From: Gemmatimonas sp.
GTDB lineage: Bacteria > Gemmatimonadota > Gemmatimonadetes > Gemmatimonadales > Gemmatimonadaceae
Direction: 5' to 3' (one strand)
Assembly: GCF_051059595.1 (NCBI RefSeq)
Contig: NZ_CP050872.1
Length of the DNA: 64,000 bases
Every line of letters starts with the position of its first letter. Position 1 is the first letter of the stretch. The translations under genes were made by a program, and so were the position numbers. Below are positions 17,933-27,858 of this stretch, piece by piece. Under the pieces are notes generated by a model. It did no database searches. It was not told where the DNA came from and saw nothing but the letters and a program-made list of their open reading frames with translations.

Positions 17933-20599
17933 TTACATCGCCGACGGCTTCTTGGGCGCGTTGGCGTTCTTCACATATTTGTCGAGCCACGCCACCCACC
18001 GGCCCCACTGGTCGAGCACTGTCTCTTTGGCGATTGGGCCGTGGTCCTCGTACGGGTACATGTACAGCGACGTGGTCTTGCCGAGCCCCATGAGCGCGTG
18101 GTACATGCGCGTGGAGTTGATCGGGTCGGTCCCCACGTTCTGGTCTTCGGTGCTGTGGTACATGAGCAGCGCGCCGTTGAGCTGATCGGCGTACAGGAAC
18201 GGTGACATATCCAGATACGTCTGACGGCCGGCCCAGATGTCGCGGCGTTCCGACTGGAAACCATTGGGGGTGAGCGTGCGGTTGTACGCGCCGTCACCCG
18301 CGATGCCCGCCTTGAAGAACGGCGTGTGCACCATGGCGTTCACGGTGCTGAATGCGCCGTAGCTGTGGCCGCCGAGTCCGAGGCGATGACGGTCCACGAT
18401 GGCGAGTGTGTCGAGTGCATCGATGACCGCCGACAGGTTGTTGCGCAAATCGGCCACGTAGTTGTCGTTGGGCAGCTGCCCTTCGCTGGCAAAGATCGGC
18501 GCGTCGGGTTCGACGACGGCATAGCCCTGCGTCACGAGGAACGCGAGCGAGCGCGGGCCGTACGTGGCGTACCGGCGGTCGCGCTGCGCGTTCTGCGTGG
18601 CCGCACGATCGTAGGCGGCCTGGTTGTCGTACTCGTACGGATAGAACCAGAACATGGCGGGGAGACGCGTGCCGTCCTTGTAGCCAGCGGGGAGCGTCAC
18701 CTTCACGTTGAACGTGTAGCCGTCGGCGCGACGCGCCACGATGTTCTTCTTGACCGCGGCCGACAGCTCCGGCATGAGGTCCACATTCTGCGTGAGCTGC
18801 TTGGCGTCTTTCGTGGCCAGCGTGAGGACGTACGACTGTGGCAGGAGCGTCGCCGACTCGCGCTGCACGACGGCCTTGGAGAAATCATCGTCGAGCGGGG
18901 CCGAGATGGTTTCGACGATGGAGCCGTCGCTCTCGTACATGCGCGACAGGCTGCCCGTCTTGATTTCGATTTTCTCGACCCACGTGTTCTGCACCTTGGC
19001 GGTGTCGGGCGCCGTCCCCGTGCGGAAGACGAACTTGCCATCGGTGGAGACCATCACCACCGGCACGCCCTTCCTTCCGGGACGCGTGATCAAGCCATCG
19101 GGCTGACGACCCCCAAAGCCGCCGCGCACTTGCGTGGTATCGGCGCCGCGCCGCGGCGTGACCACGGTGTACTTGGCGTTGTTCTCGGTGAGGAACACTG
19201 CCTGTTCGAAGGTGCCCGCCGTGCCGCTCTCGGTGACGAAGAGAATGGTGCCGGCATCGTTGAAGCGTGTGGCGGTAATGCGATTGGCCGTTTCGTAGAG
19301 CACGGTGGCGCTGCCGGAATCGAACGGCGCCTTCCAATGCATGAGGCGGTCGTTGCGACGCGCGGCGGCGGCACTGTCGGCGCGCGCTGGGGCCGCGGCC
19401 GGAGCCGCAGGGGCCGCCGCCGCAGGGGCGGCGCCGTTGCCCGCACCCGCGCGTCCGCGTGCGGCCACCGGGGCGACCTGCGTGTACAGCAGCCCCGGCG
19501 CAAACGGATGGAAGCGAATGTCGCGCTTGCTCGTATCGACCGATGCGCGGCCGCGAGCGGCCATGGGGTCTGATGGGTCGTCACTCTCACGCAACGGGCG
19601 CTTCGCCACTTCCTTCACGACGGCGCCGCTCGCATCGAGCACCACGTCGCGGGCGCCATACGAGACCACCGGCAGCGCGTACGAGAACGGCTTCTCCACG
19701 TACGTCACCTTGAAGTACTGCGCATCGGGCGACGCATCGATGCTGCGAATGAGACCGGGCGCACCGATTTTGCGCACCGCCTTCGTCTTCGTGTTCACGA
19801 CGGCGAGCTGGCCGTTCATGTGATACGTCAGCAGCTCCTTTTCGAACGGCGTCATGACGAGATCGGCGTACGTCCGCGTCTTGAGCTTGTTGCTCTCGTT
19901 GAGGCGCACCATGGGGCCGCTGGCCAAGACCGGCTCCTTCGGTTCGGGGCCGCGTCCATCGGGCACGAGCACCGTCACGATCGACACGCCGTCGGCGGTC
20001 CACTCGGGCTGCGTGATGGTCGTGGCCAGCACCGTGCGCGGCGACACGGGGCGCGACTTGCCGGTCGCGGCGTCGGCGACGTACAGCTGCGTGGCGTCGT
20101 CATACAGCGCAAAGAAGGCGATCTGCGTGCCATCGGGCGACCAGACCGGTGCCCCCACGCGCGCGCCAACCGGGATGGTGACCGGGATCCGCTTCCCCGT
20201 GGCCCACTCGGTCACGTCAATGCCGGCGGTGCTGCGCATGGTCAACGCGCGTTCGCGATTGCCCTGCTGATCGATCTGGAGGCCGCCAAGATTGTGGTGC
20301 GCCTTGCCCACGTACTTGAGCGACGGTAGGCCGTCGCTCAGCGTGCGCATGAAATACTGGCGGGCGCCCGGGCTTGGCGACGTGAAGCTGGCGTTCTTGT
20401 CGCGCGGTGCGGTGACGAGCTTGGCGATGGCTTCGGGGGGCGTGACATAGCCTTCTTCGGCCAGCAGGTCCCCCTTGGCCGCGGCGCCATTCGTACTGAC
20501 CTGGTTCTGCGCGCGAGCCGTCGCCGGGAAGGCGGCTGGGAGTGCCAGCAGGCCGAGCAGCGCCAGTGATCTGAGGGACTCGGAGGTTGGGCGGGGCAT
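17933..20599 (-). CDS. S9 family peptidase (prolyl oligopeptidase family), secreted
   Basis: WSPDG propeller, GHSYGA nucleophile, HSTEDQNVG, YEDH. Confidence 0.9.
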   Translation of the reverse strand: MPRPTSESLRSLALLGLLALPAAFPATARAQNQVSTNGAAAKGDLLAEEGYVTPPEAIAKLVTAPRDKNASFTSPSPGARQYFMRTLSDGLPSLKYVGKAHHNLGGLQIDQQGNRERALTMRSTAGIDVTEWATGKRIPVTIPVGARVGAPVWSPDGTQIAFFALYDDATQLYVADAATGKSRPVSPRTVLATTITQPEWTADGVSIVTVLVPDGRGPEPKEPVLASGPMVRLNESNKLKTRTYADLVMTPFEKELLTYHMNGQLAVVNTKTKAVRKIGAPGLIRSIDASPDAQYFKVTYVEKPFSYALPVVSYGARDVVLDASGAVVKEVAKRPLRESDDPSDPMAARGRASVDTSKRDIRFHPFAPGLLYTQVAPVAARGRAGAGNGAAPAAAAPAAPAAAPARADSAAAARRNDRLMHWKAPFDSGSATVLYETANRITATRFNDAGTILFVTESGTAGTFEQAVFLTENNAKYTVVTPRRGADTTQVRGGFGGRQPDGLITRPGRKGVPVVMVSTDGKFVFRTGTAPDTAKVQNTWVEKIEIKTGSLSRMYESDGSIVETISAPLDDDFSKAVVQRESATLLPQSYVLTLATKDAKQLTQNVDLMPELSAAVKKNIVARRADGYTFNVKVTLPAGYKDGTRLPAMFWFYPYEYDNQAAYDRAATQNAQRDRRYATYGPRSLAFLVTQGYAVVEPDAPIFASEGQLPNDNYVADLRNNLSAVIDALDTLAIVDRHRLGLGGHSYGAFSTVNAMVHTPFFKAGIAGDGAYNRTLTPNGFQSERRDIWAGRQTYLDMSPFLYADQLNGALLMYHSTEDQNVGTDPINSTRMYHALMGLGKTTSLYMYPYEDHGPIAKETVLDQWGRWVAWLDKYVKNANAPKKPSAM

Positions 20600-20767
20600 C
20601 TGCACGTTCGGGTGCCTCGGAAGCGGTGGGGGACGCAAGGGGCCAGGCGCCCCTGCGATTCAACAACGCGGCGGGGCAGGAAAACGCTTGCCAGCACCGA
20701 TACGTTACATCCGAAACCATCTCGGCGTTATTCGAAACCAGCGGGTGCTGGACAGGAGTCAGGGACG

Positions 20768-21265
20768 ATGTTCGACGCGGCAGCAGGGGGGGGCAGCGCC
20801 CCCGACGACAATCACGGTGCCCCAGTCGGGGACCCGGCAGCAGACGGCGTTATGCCCGTGGAGCTGCCCAGGGCGTCGGCGGCCGAGCTCCAGCGGCTGG
20901 ATGTCGCGCGGACGTTGCTGCTCAAGGTGCACCGAGCGCTGCTCGAGGCCGAACGGGTGCGCTACGAGAAGGCCCGGGGGCGCATTGAGAACAACAGCGC
21001 GTTTCTGCAGCTCGTCATCAACGACCCGTGGTTCGACTGGCTGCGGCCTATGGCGCAGATGGTCTTGCTCATCGACGAGCGCACCTCGGACAAGAAGTCG
21101 CCGTTGGGGAGCGACGAGGCGTGCGCCCTGCTGGATCGGGCGAAGACCCTCCTCAAGGCCGATCCCGAAGGGGACGCGTTCCAGCGGCTCTTTGCCGACG
21201 CGTTGCAGCATTCGCCGGCGCTGGCAGCGATCGCCCGGCAGGTATCGGCCGTCCTGCACGGCTGA
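20768..21265 (+). CDS. Conserved hypothetical helical protein
   Basis: Protein-like sequence LLKVHRALLEAER...FLQLVINDPWFDWLRP and host codon usage. Confidence 0.65.
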   Translation: MFDAAAGGGSAPDDNHGAPVGDPAADGVMPVELPRASAAELQRLDVARTLLLKVHRALLEAERVRYEKARGRIENNSAFLQLVINDPWFDWLRPMAQMVLLIDERTSDKKSPLGSDEACALLDRAKTLLKADPEGDAFQRLFADALQHSPALAAIARQVSAVLHG

Positions 21266-21380
21266 ACGGGCGGGCTCAGCGGGCGTGAGCACGCCCCGTG
21301 GGACGAAAGGGGCAGGATAATCGTCTTCCGTTCGTCCCTCGGCTCTGGACCGGGGGCCGTCCGCCCCCCATCGTTCACCT

Positions 21381-22520
21381 ATGCATCGCGCAGGGCACTC
21401 CCTGGCAGCGCTCGCCATTGTTGCGGCGGCGCTCGCATCCTCCTGCGTGCGCACACCGGCTCCACTCTCTCCCGGCGCCGCACCGCACGCCACGTCGTAC
21501 GTTGCGCAATTCGATTCGCTTTGGACGCGCTTTCAGGACGTCTATCCGTCCTTTGCGTATAAGCAGATCGACTGGCGCGATCAACGTGCGCGCTATCGTC
21601 CGCGTGCCGAACGGGCGCGTAGCCAGGACCAGCTGGTGGCGGTCATGCTCGAAATGCTCGCGCCGTTGCGCGACCTGCACGTGTGGCTCGTCGATCCGCG
21701 TGGGCAGGTGGTGCCCACCTACCGGCCGGCCGCGGTGCAGAACTTCGATCAGGCACGCTGGGAATCGGCGCTACGCGATGCGAGTTACGTCACCCGCAGT
21801 CCTGATGTCGGCGACGGCGTCATTGGCGGCTATGCGTACTTCCACATCGGCACGTGGAAGGCGCCGCTGACTGAGGCGGTGCTCGAAGGCATGCTCGCGC
21901 GCGCGCGCGACGTGCAGGGGCTCATCATCGATGTGCGCGTGAACGCCGGCGGCAGTGACGCGCTGGCGCTCAACTTCGCGAGCCGGTTTACGCGCAGGGC
22001 GTTTGCGGCCTCGTACGTGCGCATCAATACCGATCCGCGTGTGACGGGAGTCGAGATGCCGCTGGCCCGGACCATTACACCCAAGGGGAGCTGGCAATAC
22101 ACGCGCCCCGTGGTCGTGCTCAGCGGACGTGGGGGCTTCAGTGCCACCGAGAGTTTTGTCGCCGCCATGCGCACGTTGCCGCAGGTGACTGTGATTGGCG
22201 ACACGACGGGCGGCGCGTCGGGGAATCCGGCGACGTACGCGCTTGGCAATGGCTGGCAGTTCACCGTGCCGCGGTGGATGGAATATGGCCCCGACAAACA
22301 ACCGATCGAGTGGCGTGGCATTGCGCCGCACATCGCGGTGAGTTGGGGAGCCGTGCATTACGATCGTGAACGCGACCCGCTTATTGATGCGGCCGTGGGA
22401 TATTTGGGCGAGCGCACCGGCGTATACCGCATGACGACGGTGGGTGATGGTCCCGTGCGTCAGCATGACGATCGCGACGAGCCGCAGTCTGCACCGCGGC
22501 CACAGCCGCCGCGACGGTGA
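21381..22520 (+). CDS. S41 family peptidase lipoprotein
   Basis: Lipobox ASSC; tricorn-C1-like helix FDSLW...YRPR; IIDVRVNAGG, GFSATESF, IGDTTGG. Confidence 0.88.
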   Translation: MHRAGHSLAALAIVAAALASSCVRTPAPLSPGAAPHATSYVAQFDSLWTRFQDVYPSFAYKQIDWRDQRARYRPRAERARSQDQLVAVMLEMLAPLRDLHVWLVDPRGQVVPTYRPAAVQNFDQARWESALRDASYVTRSPDVGDGVIGGYAYFHIGTWKAPLTEAVLEGMLARARDVQGLIIDVRVNAGGSDALALNFASRFTRRAFAASYVRINTDPRVTGVEMPLARTITPKGSWQYTRPVVVLSGRGGFSATESFVAAMRTLPQVTVIGDTTGGASGNPATYALGNGWQFTVPRWMEYGPDKQPIEWRGIAPHIAVSWGAVHYDRERDPLIDAAVGYLGERTGVYRMTTVGDGPVRQHDDRDEPQSAPRPQPPRR

Positions 22521-23713
22521 GTCGCGAGTATCCGGAGGAGATGGCGAGCGGCACGCAGAGCCTCCCCGTGTGGGACGACGGCAGCTGGATGCCACTCCCG
22601 CCGTTACTCGGCGATCACAGCGCTGACTCGTGCGTGATCGGACTTGGTGGGAGCGGGCTCACCCTCATTGAGGAACTGCTGCGGCGCTCGGAACGCGTGA
22701 TCGGCCTCGATGCGCACGACGTGGGCGGCGGTGCCGCAGGGCGCAACGGCGGCTTCCTGCTGGCGGGGACGTACGACTTTTATCACGACGCCATTCGTCG
22801 TCACGGGCATGAGCGTGCGCGCGCGATTTACGCGGCGACGCTCGAGGAGATGCCGCGCATTGCCGAAGCGGCGCCGGGGACGGTGCGCTTCGTGGGCTCG
22901 AAGCGCATTGCCGCGACGGACGCGGAGCTCGAAGACTGCCGTGTGCAGTTCGACGCCATGCGCGCCGACGGCTGGCCGTGCGAGTGGTACGAGGGCGCCG
23001 ACGGGCAGGGGCTGTTCCTTCCCACCGACGGCGCCTTTGATCCGTTGCGCCGCTGCCGGTTGCTCGCGCAGCGCGCGCGCGACGCGGGGGCCACGTTGCA
23101 CGGGCAGTCGCCGGTGCTCGAGATCACGGGAACGCGCGTGGTGACGGCGCACGGCACCGTGCACGCGGGACGCGTGTTCGTGGCGGTGGATGGACGTTTG
23201 GAGCGCTTGCTGCCGGAGATCGCGCCACGGGTGCGCACCGCGCGATTGCAGATGCTGGCCACGGCGCCTACCACCGAGATCACGGTGCCGTGCCCTGTGT
23301 ATTACCGCGAGGGCTTCGAGTATTGGCAGCAGACCCCCGATGGGCGCATTGCGCTGGGGGGCTTTCGTGATCACGGCGGTGATGGCGAGTGGACGCCCGA
23401 CACGAGGCCGTCACAGGTGGTGCAGGCGCAACTCGAGCGCTTCCTGCGCGAGCATCTCGGTGTGAAGGCGCCGATTTCGCACCGCTGGGCGGCGTCGGCG
23501 GGGTACACGACTACGGGGCTGCCCGTGATCGAGCAGGTGCGCGACCACGTGTGGGCGCTGGGAGGCTACAGCGGCACTGGCAATGTGATTGGGGCGCTCA
23601 GTGCGCGCGCGGTGGTGGCGGCGGCGGTGGATGGGGATCTGTGGGGGGTGCGCCGACTTTTGGGGGACCATTGGGCACCGGCACTCACCCCCGGAGCGGC
23701 GCCCGCCCGCTAG
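22517..23713 (+). CDS. FAD-dependent oxidoreductase (DAO/PuuB-like)
   Basis: VIGLGGSG, GAAGRNGGF, GYSGTGN. Confidence 0.85.
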   Translation: MSREYPEEMASGTQSLPVWDDGSWMPLPPLLGDHSADSCVIGLGGSGLTLIEELLRRSERVIGLDAHDVGGGAAGRNGGFLLAGTYDFYHDAIRRHGHERARAIYAATLEEMPRIAEAAPGTVRFVGSKRIAATDAELEDCRVQFDAMRADGWPCEWYEGADGQGLFLPTDGAFDPLRRCRLLAQRARDAGATLHGQSPVLEITGTRVVTAHGTVHAGRVFVAVDGRLERLLPEIAPRVRTARLQMLATAPTTEITVPCPVYYREGFEYWQQTPDGRIALGGFRDHGGDGEWTPDTRPSQVVQAQLERFLREHLGVKAPISHRWAASAGYTTTGLPVIEQVRDHVWALGGYSGTGNVIGALSARAVVAAAVDGDLWGVRRLLGDHWAPALTPGAAPAR

Positions 23714-23750
23714 ATTGCGACGTCCTGCCTGTACTCCGTCGCTCACGAGT

Positions 23751-24662
23751 GTGCCTGTGCGTCTGTTCCCCCCCCGTCGTGCCACGTCCAACCTGCTGAT
23801 CGCGCTTTCGCTGGTCGCCGGAGCCAGTCCGGCGTCGGCCCAAGTCCGTCCCGGCGGTCCGCCGCCTGGTGCGGTGCGGGTGCCGGCCAAAATCCCCGAC
23901 AGCCTTGCCGCGCGGCTCCCCAAGACGCCCAAGATGCCGTCGTCGGACCAGGAAGTGTTCACGCAGCGCGATCTGCGCGCGCGTAACGTGCTGGGCTACT
24001 TCGATTGTCTCGCACGCACCGTAAAGGCGTCGCGCGAGGGTGGCCTCGGGGCCGTGCCGCCCACCGCGCTCCTGGTGTGTGTGCAGGAAAAAGACGAATG
24101 GCGCGGGGTCGTGGCCGAACCCGTCAACAAGTTCCCGGGCGTCGCGGTACGCACCCAGCTCGCCATGCGTGGTACCGGCGCCGTAGTCAAGGAGCCCATC
24201 GACACCTTCAACGTCCTCGTCATCGCCCGTGGCGTACGCCGCGCCGTGCAGGCCAAGGCTACCACGGTCGGCGCGATCACGGTGTCACCGGTCGTGCTCC
24301 CCTACGATTCATATCTCGAGATTCTGTACGTGCCGGTCCCCACTGAGAACGGCACACTGTACGTAGGCGGCGACTCGATTATCCAGATGGCCCCCGACGG
24401 CAGTCGCGAGCTTGGACATTCCCGCTCGGCGCCGCCCATGACACCGCTTACGGTAAACGCGGGGAAGAAGGACGACGCGGTCATTCAGAGCACGCAGCCG
24501 CAGGTGCCGCTGGTGAGTGAGCTCGTCGCGGCACGTGCGCTGCTGCCGCGCTTTCGCGTCGTGACGCTGCAGTCGGCCGACTACACCTTCACGCTTACGC
24601 GCACAGCGGCCGCCAAGTCGACCGGCCCCATGGGTGGCACGTGGAAGACCGCCTCGCGATGA
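23751..24662 (+). CDS. Hypothetical secreted protein
   Basis: Signal peptide ending ASAQ; stop codon overlaps the GNAT start. Confidence 0.6.
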   Translation: MPVRLFPPRRATSNLLIALSLVAGASPASAQVRPGGPPPGAVRVPAKIPDSLAARLPKTPKMPSSDQEVFTQRDLRARNVLGYFDCLARTVKASREGGLGAVPPTALLVCVQEKDEWRGVVAEPVNKFPGVAVRTQLAMRGTGAVVKEPIDTFNVLVIARGVRRAVQAKATTVGAITVSPVVLPYDSYLEILYVPVPTENGTLYVGGDSIIQMAPDGSRELGHSRSAPPMTPLTVNAGKKDDAVIQSTQPQVPLVSELVAARALLPRFRVVTLQSADYTFTLTRTAAAKSTGPMGGTWKTASR

Positions 24663-25159
24663 GTACGACCAACACCCCGCTGGCGCTCCGCGCGGCCACC
24701 CCCGCCGACGTCTCCGCCATTCGTGAGTTGATCGAAGGGCTGGCCGAATATGAACAGCTGCGGCACGAGTGCATTGCGACCGATGCGCTGCTGCACGAGG
24801 CGCTCTTCGGGGCGCGTCCGCTCGCCGAGGTCATTCTCGCCGAGTGGAACGGGGAGGTCGCCGGGTTCGCGCTGTTCTTTCACAACTTCTCGACCTTCCT
24901 TGCGCGACCGGGGATCTATCTCGAAGATCTGTTCGTGCAGCCGTCGTTTCGCGGCCACGGCATTGGGAAGGCGCTGCTGACGCAGCTGGCACAGCTCGCG
25001 GTGGCGCGCGGGTGTGGGCGTCTCGAGTGGTCGGTGTTGGATTGGAACGTGGATGCGATCGGGTTTTATGAAAAGCTGGGTGCGCGCGCCCAGGATGCAT
25101 GGACCGTCTACCGCGTCACGGGTGATGCCCTGACGCACTTAGCCTCTGGAGATGCCTGA
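24659..25159 (+). CDS. GNAT family N-acetyltransferase (diamine/SSAT-like)
   Basis: FFHNFSTF...IYLEDLFV, FRGHGIGKAL, VLDWNVDAIGFY. Confidence 0.9.
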   Translation: MSTTNTPLALRAATPADVSAIRELIEGLAEYEQLRHECIATDALLHEALFGARPLAEVILAEWNGEVAGFALFFHNFSTFLARPGIYLEDLFVQPSFRGHGIGKALLTQLAQLAVARGCGRLEWSVLDWNVDAIGFYEKLGARAQDAWTVYRVTGDALTHLASGDA

Positions 25160-26045
25160 GATGATGGGACACGATGACAAGGAACCGCGAATCACGAGCC
25201 GTCGCGACGCGCTGCGGTTGATGGCCGCCGGTGTCGCCGGCAGTGTGCTGCTGCCGCAGCTGGCGCAGGCGTCGCGCTTCGCCGACGTGGGCGCGGTACC
25301 GCGCATCGATCGCATTGGCTTGCAGATGTACACCGTGCGCGCGGCGCTGTCGAAGGACATCGAAGGGACCGTGGCGGCGATCGCCAAGGCGGGCATTACT
25401 GAGCTCGAGTTCTTCAATCCGTTCGGCAAGGATGTCGCGTGGTGGCAGGCGTTGCTCAAACAGCACGGGCTGACGGCGCCGTCGGCGCACGAAGCGTTGC
25501 CCAAGACCGACGACGGATGGAAGCCGATCTTCGAGCGCGCGCAGGGCATGGGACACAAGCTTGTCGTCGTGCCGTACGTGGGCGATGAATTCCGCGGCAG
25601 CAAGGCCAACTGGCAGCGGCTTGCCGATCGTCTCAACGCCGGTGCGACGATGGCGAAGGCGGCGGGATTGCAGTTCGGCTACCACAACCACGACTTCGAA
25701 TTCGCGCCGGTGGACGGCACCACCGGCTACGAGATTCTCACCACGCAGACGGACAAGGATTTGGTGAAGCTCGAGCTCGACTTGTATTGGGCGGTGAAGG
25801 CCGGTCAGGATCCGCTGGCGATCATGAAGCGCTGGCCTGGTCGCATTGTGGCGGTGCACGTGAAGGATGCCGGCCCGGCGCCCGAGCGGAAGATGATGGA
25901 CGTCGGCACCGGCACGATCGACTTCAAGAGTATTCTGGCGACGGGGCGCAAGCAGGGGCTGCGCCACTGGTTCATCGAGCATGACAACCCCACGGATGCG
26001 ATTGCCTCGATCACGGCCAGTGCGGCCGCGATGAAGACGCTCTGA
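25152..26045 (+). CDS. Sugar-phosphate isomerase/epimerase-family TIM barrel (candidate 3-keto-glycoside lyase), Tat-exported
   Basis: Tat motif SRRDAL; GLQMYTVR, YHNHDFEF, ELDLYW, HVKD, EHD. Confidence 0.88.
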   Translation: MPEMMGHDDKEPRITSRRDALRLMAAGVAGSVLLPQLAQASRFADVGAVPRIDRIGLQMYTVRAALSKDIEGTVAAIAKAGITELEFFNPFGKDVAWWQALLKQHGLTAPSAHEALPKTDDGWKPIFERAQGMGHKLVVVPYVGDEFRGSKANWQRLADRLNAGATMAKAAGLQFGYHNHDFEFAPVDGTTGYEILTTQTDKDLVKLELDLYWAVKAGQDPLAIMKRWPGRIVAVHVKDAGPAPERKMMDVGTGTIDFKSILATGRKQGLRHWFIEHDNPTDAIASITASAAAMKTL

Positions 26046-26067
26046 TTTCACACTGAGGAGTAACCGC

Positions 26068-27858
26068 GTGTCTTCTCGTCGTTCGAAAGTCGCTCCGCAG
26101 TACGATGTCATCGTGGTCGGTTCCGGCGCTGGCGGTGGCATGGCCGCCTACCAGCTGTCGGTGCAGGGGCTCAAGGTGTGTTTGCTCGAAGCGGGACGTG
26201 ATTACGATCCCGTGACCGAGACGCCCATGTTTCAGACGCCCAAGGACGCGCCGTTGCGCGGCGCCGGCGGCGCGGACAAACCGTTCGGCTTCTACGACGC
26301 GACCATCGACGGCGGCTGGCGCGTACCGGGCGAACCGTTCACCACCGCGCCCGGCACGCAGTTCAGCTGGTGGCGCGCGCGCATGCTCGGCGGTCGTACC
26401 AATCACTGGGGACGCATTTCGCTGCGCATGGGGCCGTACGACTTCAAGCCCAAGAGCCGCGACGGACTCGGCGAAGACTGGCCGATGACGTACGAAACCA
26501 TGGCGCCGTACTACGACAAGACGGAGCTGCTCATTGGGGTGTACGGCGGCGACGACGATCTCGAGAATACGCCGCGCTCGTCGCCCGGTGTGCTGCAGCC
26601 GCCGCCAGCGGCGCGCTCGTACGAACTGCTCACCAAGCAGGCGTGCGAACCGCTCAAGATTCCCGTCATTCCTGCGCATCGCGCCGTGCTCACCAAGCGG
26701 CAGGATTCTGCGCGGTTGCCGGCGAAGTTGCATCCCGGCAATGCGCTCGCGCAGCGTGTGCTACGCCAGAGTATGAACGAACGCATGGCGTGCTTCTACG
26801 CCACCGATTGCGGTCGCGGCTGCTCCATCAAGGCGAACTTCCAGAGCACGACGGTGCTGCTGCCGCCCGCGATGGCCACGGGGAACGTCACGCTCATCAC
26901 CGATGCCATGGTGCGCGAAGTGAGCGTCGATGCGCAGGGCAAGGCGAGTGGTGTGCACTACATCGACAAGCTCACGCGTGTCGATCATCACGTGACCGCC
27001 AAGGTGGTGGTGCTCGCCGCGAGTGCGTGCGAAACGTCGCGCATCATGCTCAACTCCAAGAGCGCGCTCTTCCCCAACGGCATTGCCAACGGCAGTGGCG
27101 TGGTGGGCAAGTATCTCATGGATACCGTGGGCGCGGGCCTGTCGGCGCAGATTCCAAAGCTCGAGGGACTGCCGCCGGTGAATGAGGACGGCACCGCCGG
27201 CATTCACATGTACATGCCGTGGTGGCTGTACGGTGATCAGAAAGCGGGCACGATGGATTTTGCGCGCGGCTATCACATCGAATTCGGCGGCGGTCGTGGC
27301 ATGCCGGGCCCGGGGATCTTCGGCGGGCTCGAGTCGTTCACGGGCGGCGCGTACGGCAAGAAGTTCAAGGAGGAAGCGCGTCGCTACTACGGCTCGTTCA
27401 TGTACTTCGACGGCCGTGGTGAGATGATCCCCAACGAAGAGTCCTACTGCGAGATCGATCCGGTCGCGGTGGATCAGTGGGGCATTCCGGTGCTGCGTTT
27501 CCACTGGAAGTGGTCGTCGCACGAGATCAATCAGGCGGCGCACATGCACAAGACGTTCGCCGAGATCATCGAGAAGATGGGCGGCAAGGTGCAGGGGACG
27601 GTGCAGACCGACGGCAACAAGGCGATTGCCGCGGGTGGATCGATCATCCACGAAGTCGGCACGGTGCGTATGGGGAGCGATCCCAAGCGGTCGGTGCTCA
27701 ACGAGTTCGGTCAGGCGTGGGAAGTGAAGAACCTGTTCGTGACCGACGGCGCGACATTCGTGTCCAACGCCGACAAGAACCCGACGCTGTCCATTCTCGC
27801 GCTCGCGTGGCGCAGCTGCGATTACCTCGTGGACGAACTCAAGAAGGGGAATCTCTGA
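26068..27858 (+). CDS. GMC family oxidoreductase (glycoside 3-dehydrogenase flavoprotein-like)
   Basis: VVGSGAGGG, LGGRTNHWG, C...CGRGC, IHEVGTVRMG, NLFVTDG, NPTLSILALA. Confidence 0.9.
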   Translation: MSSRRSKVAPQYDVIVVGSGAGGGMAAYQLSVQGLKVCLLEAGRDYDPVTETPMFQTPKDAPLRGAGGADKPFGFYDATIDGGWRVPGEPFTTAPGTQFSWWRARMLGGRTNHWGRISLRMGPYDFKPKSRDGLGEDWPMTYETMAPYYDKTELLIGVYGGDDDLENTPRSSPGVLQPPPAARSYELLTKQACEPLKIPVIPAHRAVLTKRQDSARLPAKLHPGNALAQRVLRQSMNERMACFYATDCGRGCSIKANFQSTTVLLPPAMATGNVTLITDAMVREVSVDAQGKASGVHYIDKLTRVDHHVTAKVVVLAASACETSRIMLNSKSALFPNGIANGSGVVGKYLMDTVGAGLSAQIPKLEGLPPVNEDGTAGIHMYMPWWLYGDQKAGTMDFARGYHIEFGGGRGMPGPGIFGGLESFTGGAYGKKFKEEARRYYGSFMYFDGRGEMIPNEESYCEIDPVAVDQWGIPVLRFHWKWSSHEINQAAHMHKTFAEIIEKMGGKVQGTVQTDGNKAIAAGGSIIHEVGTVRMGSDPKRSVLNEFGQAWEVKNLFVTDGATFVSNADKNPTLSILALAWRSCDYLVDELKKGNL

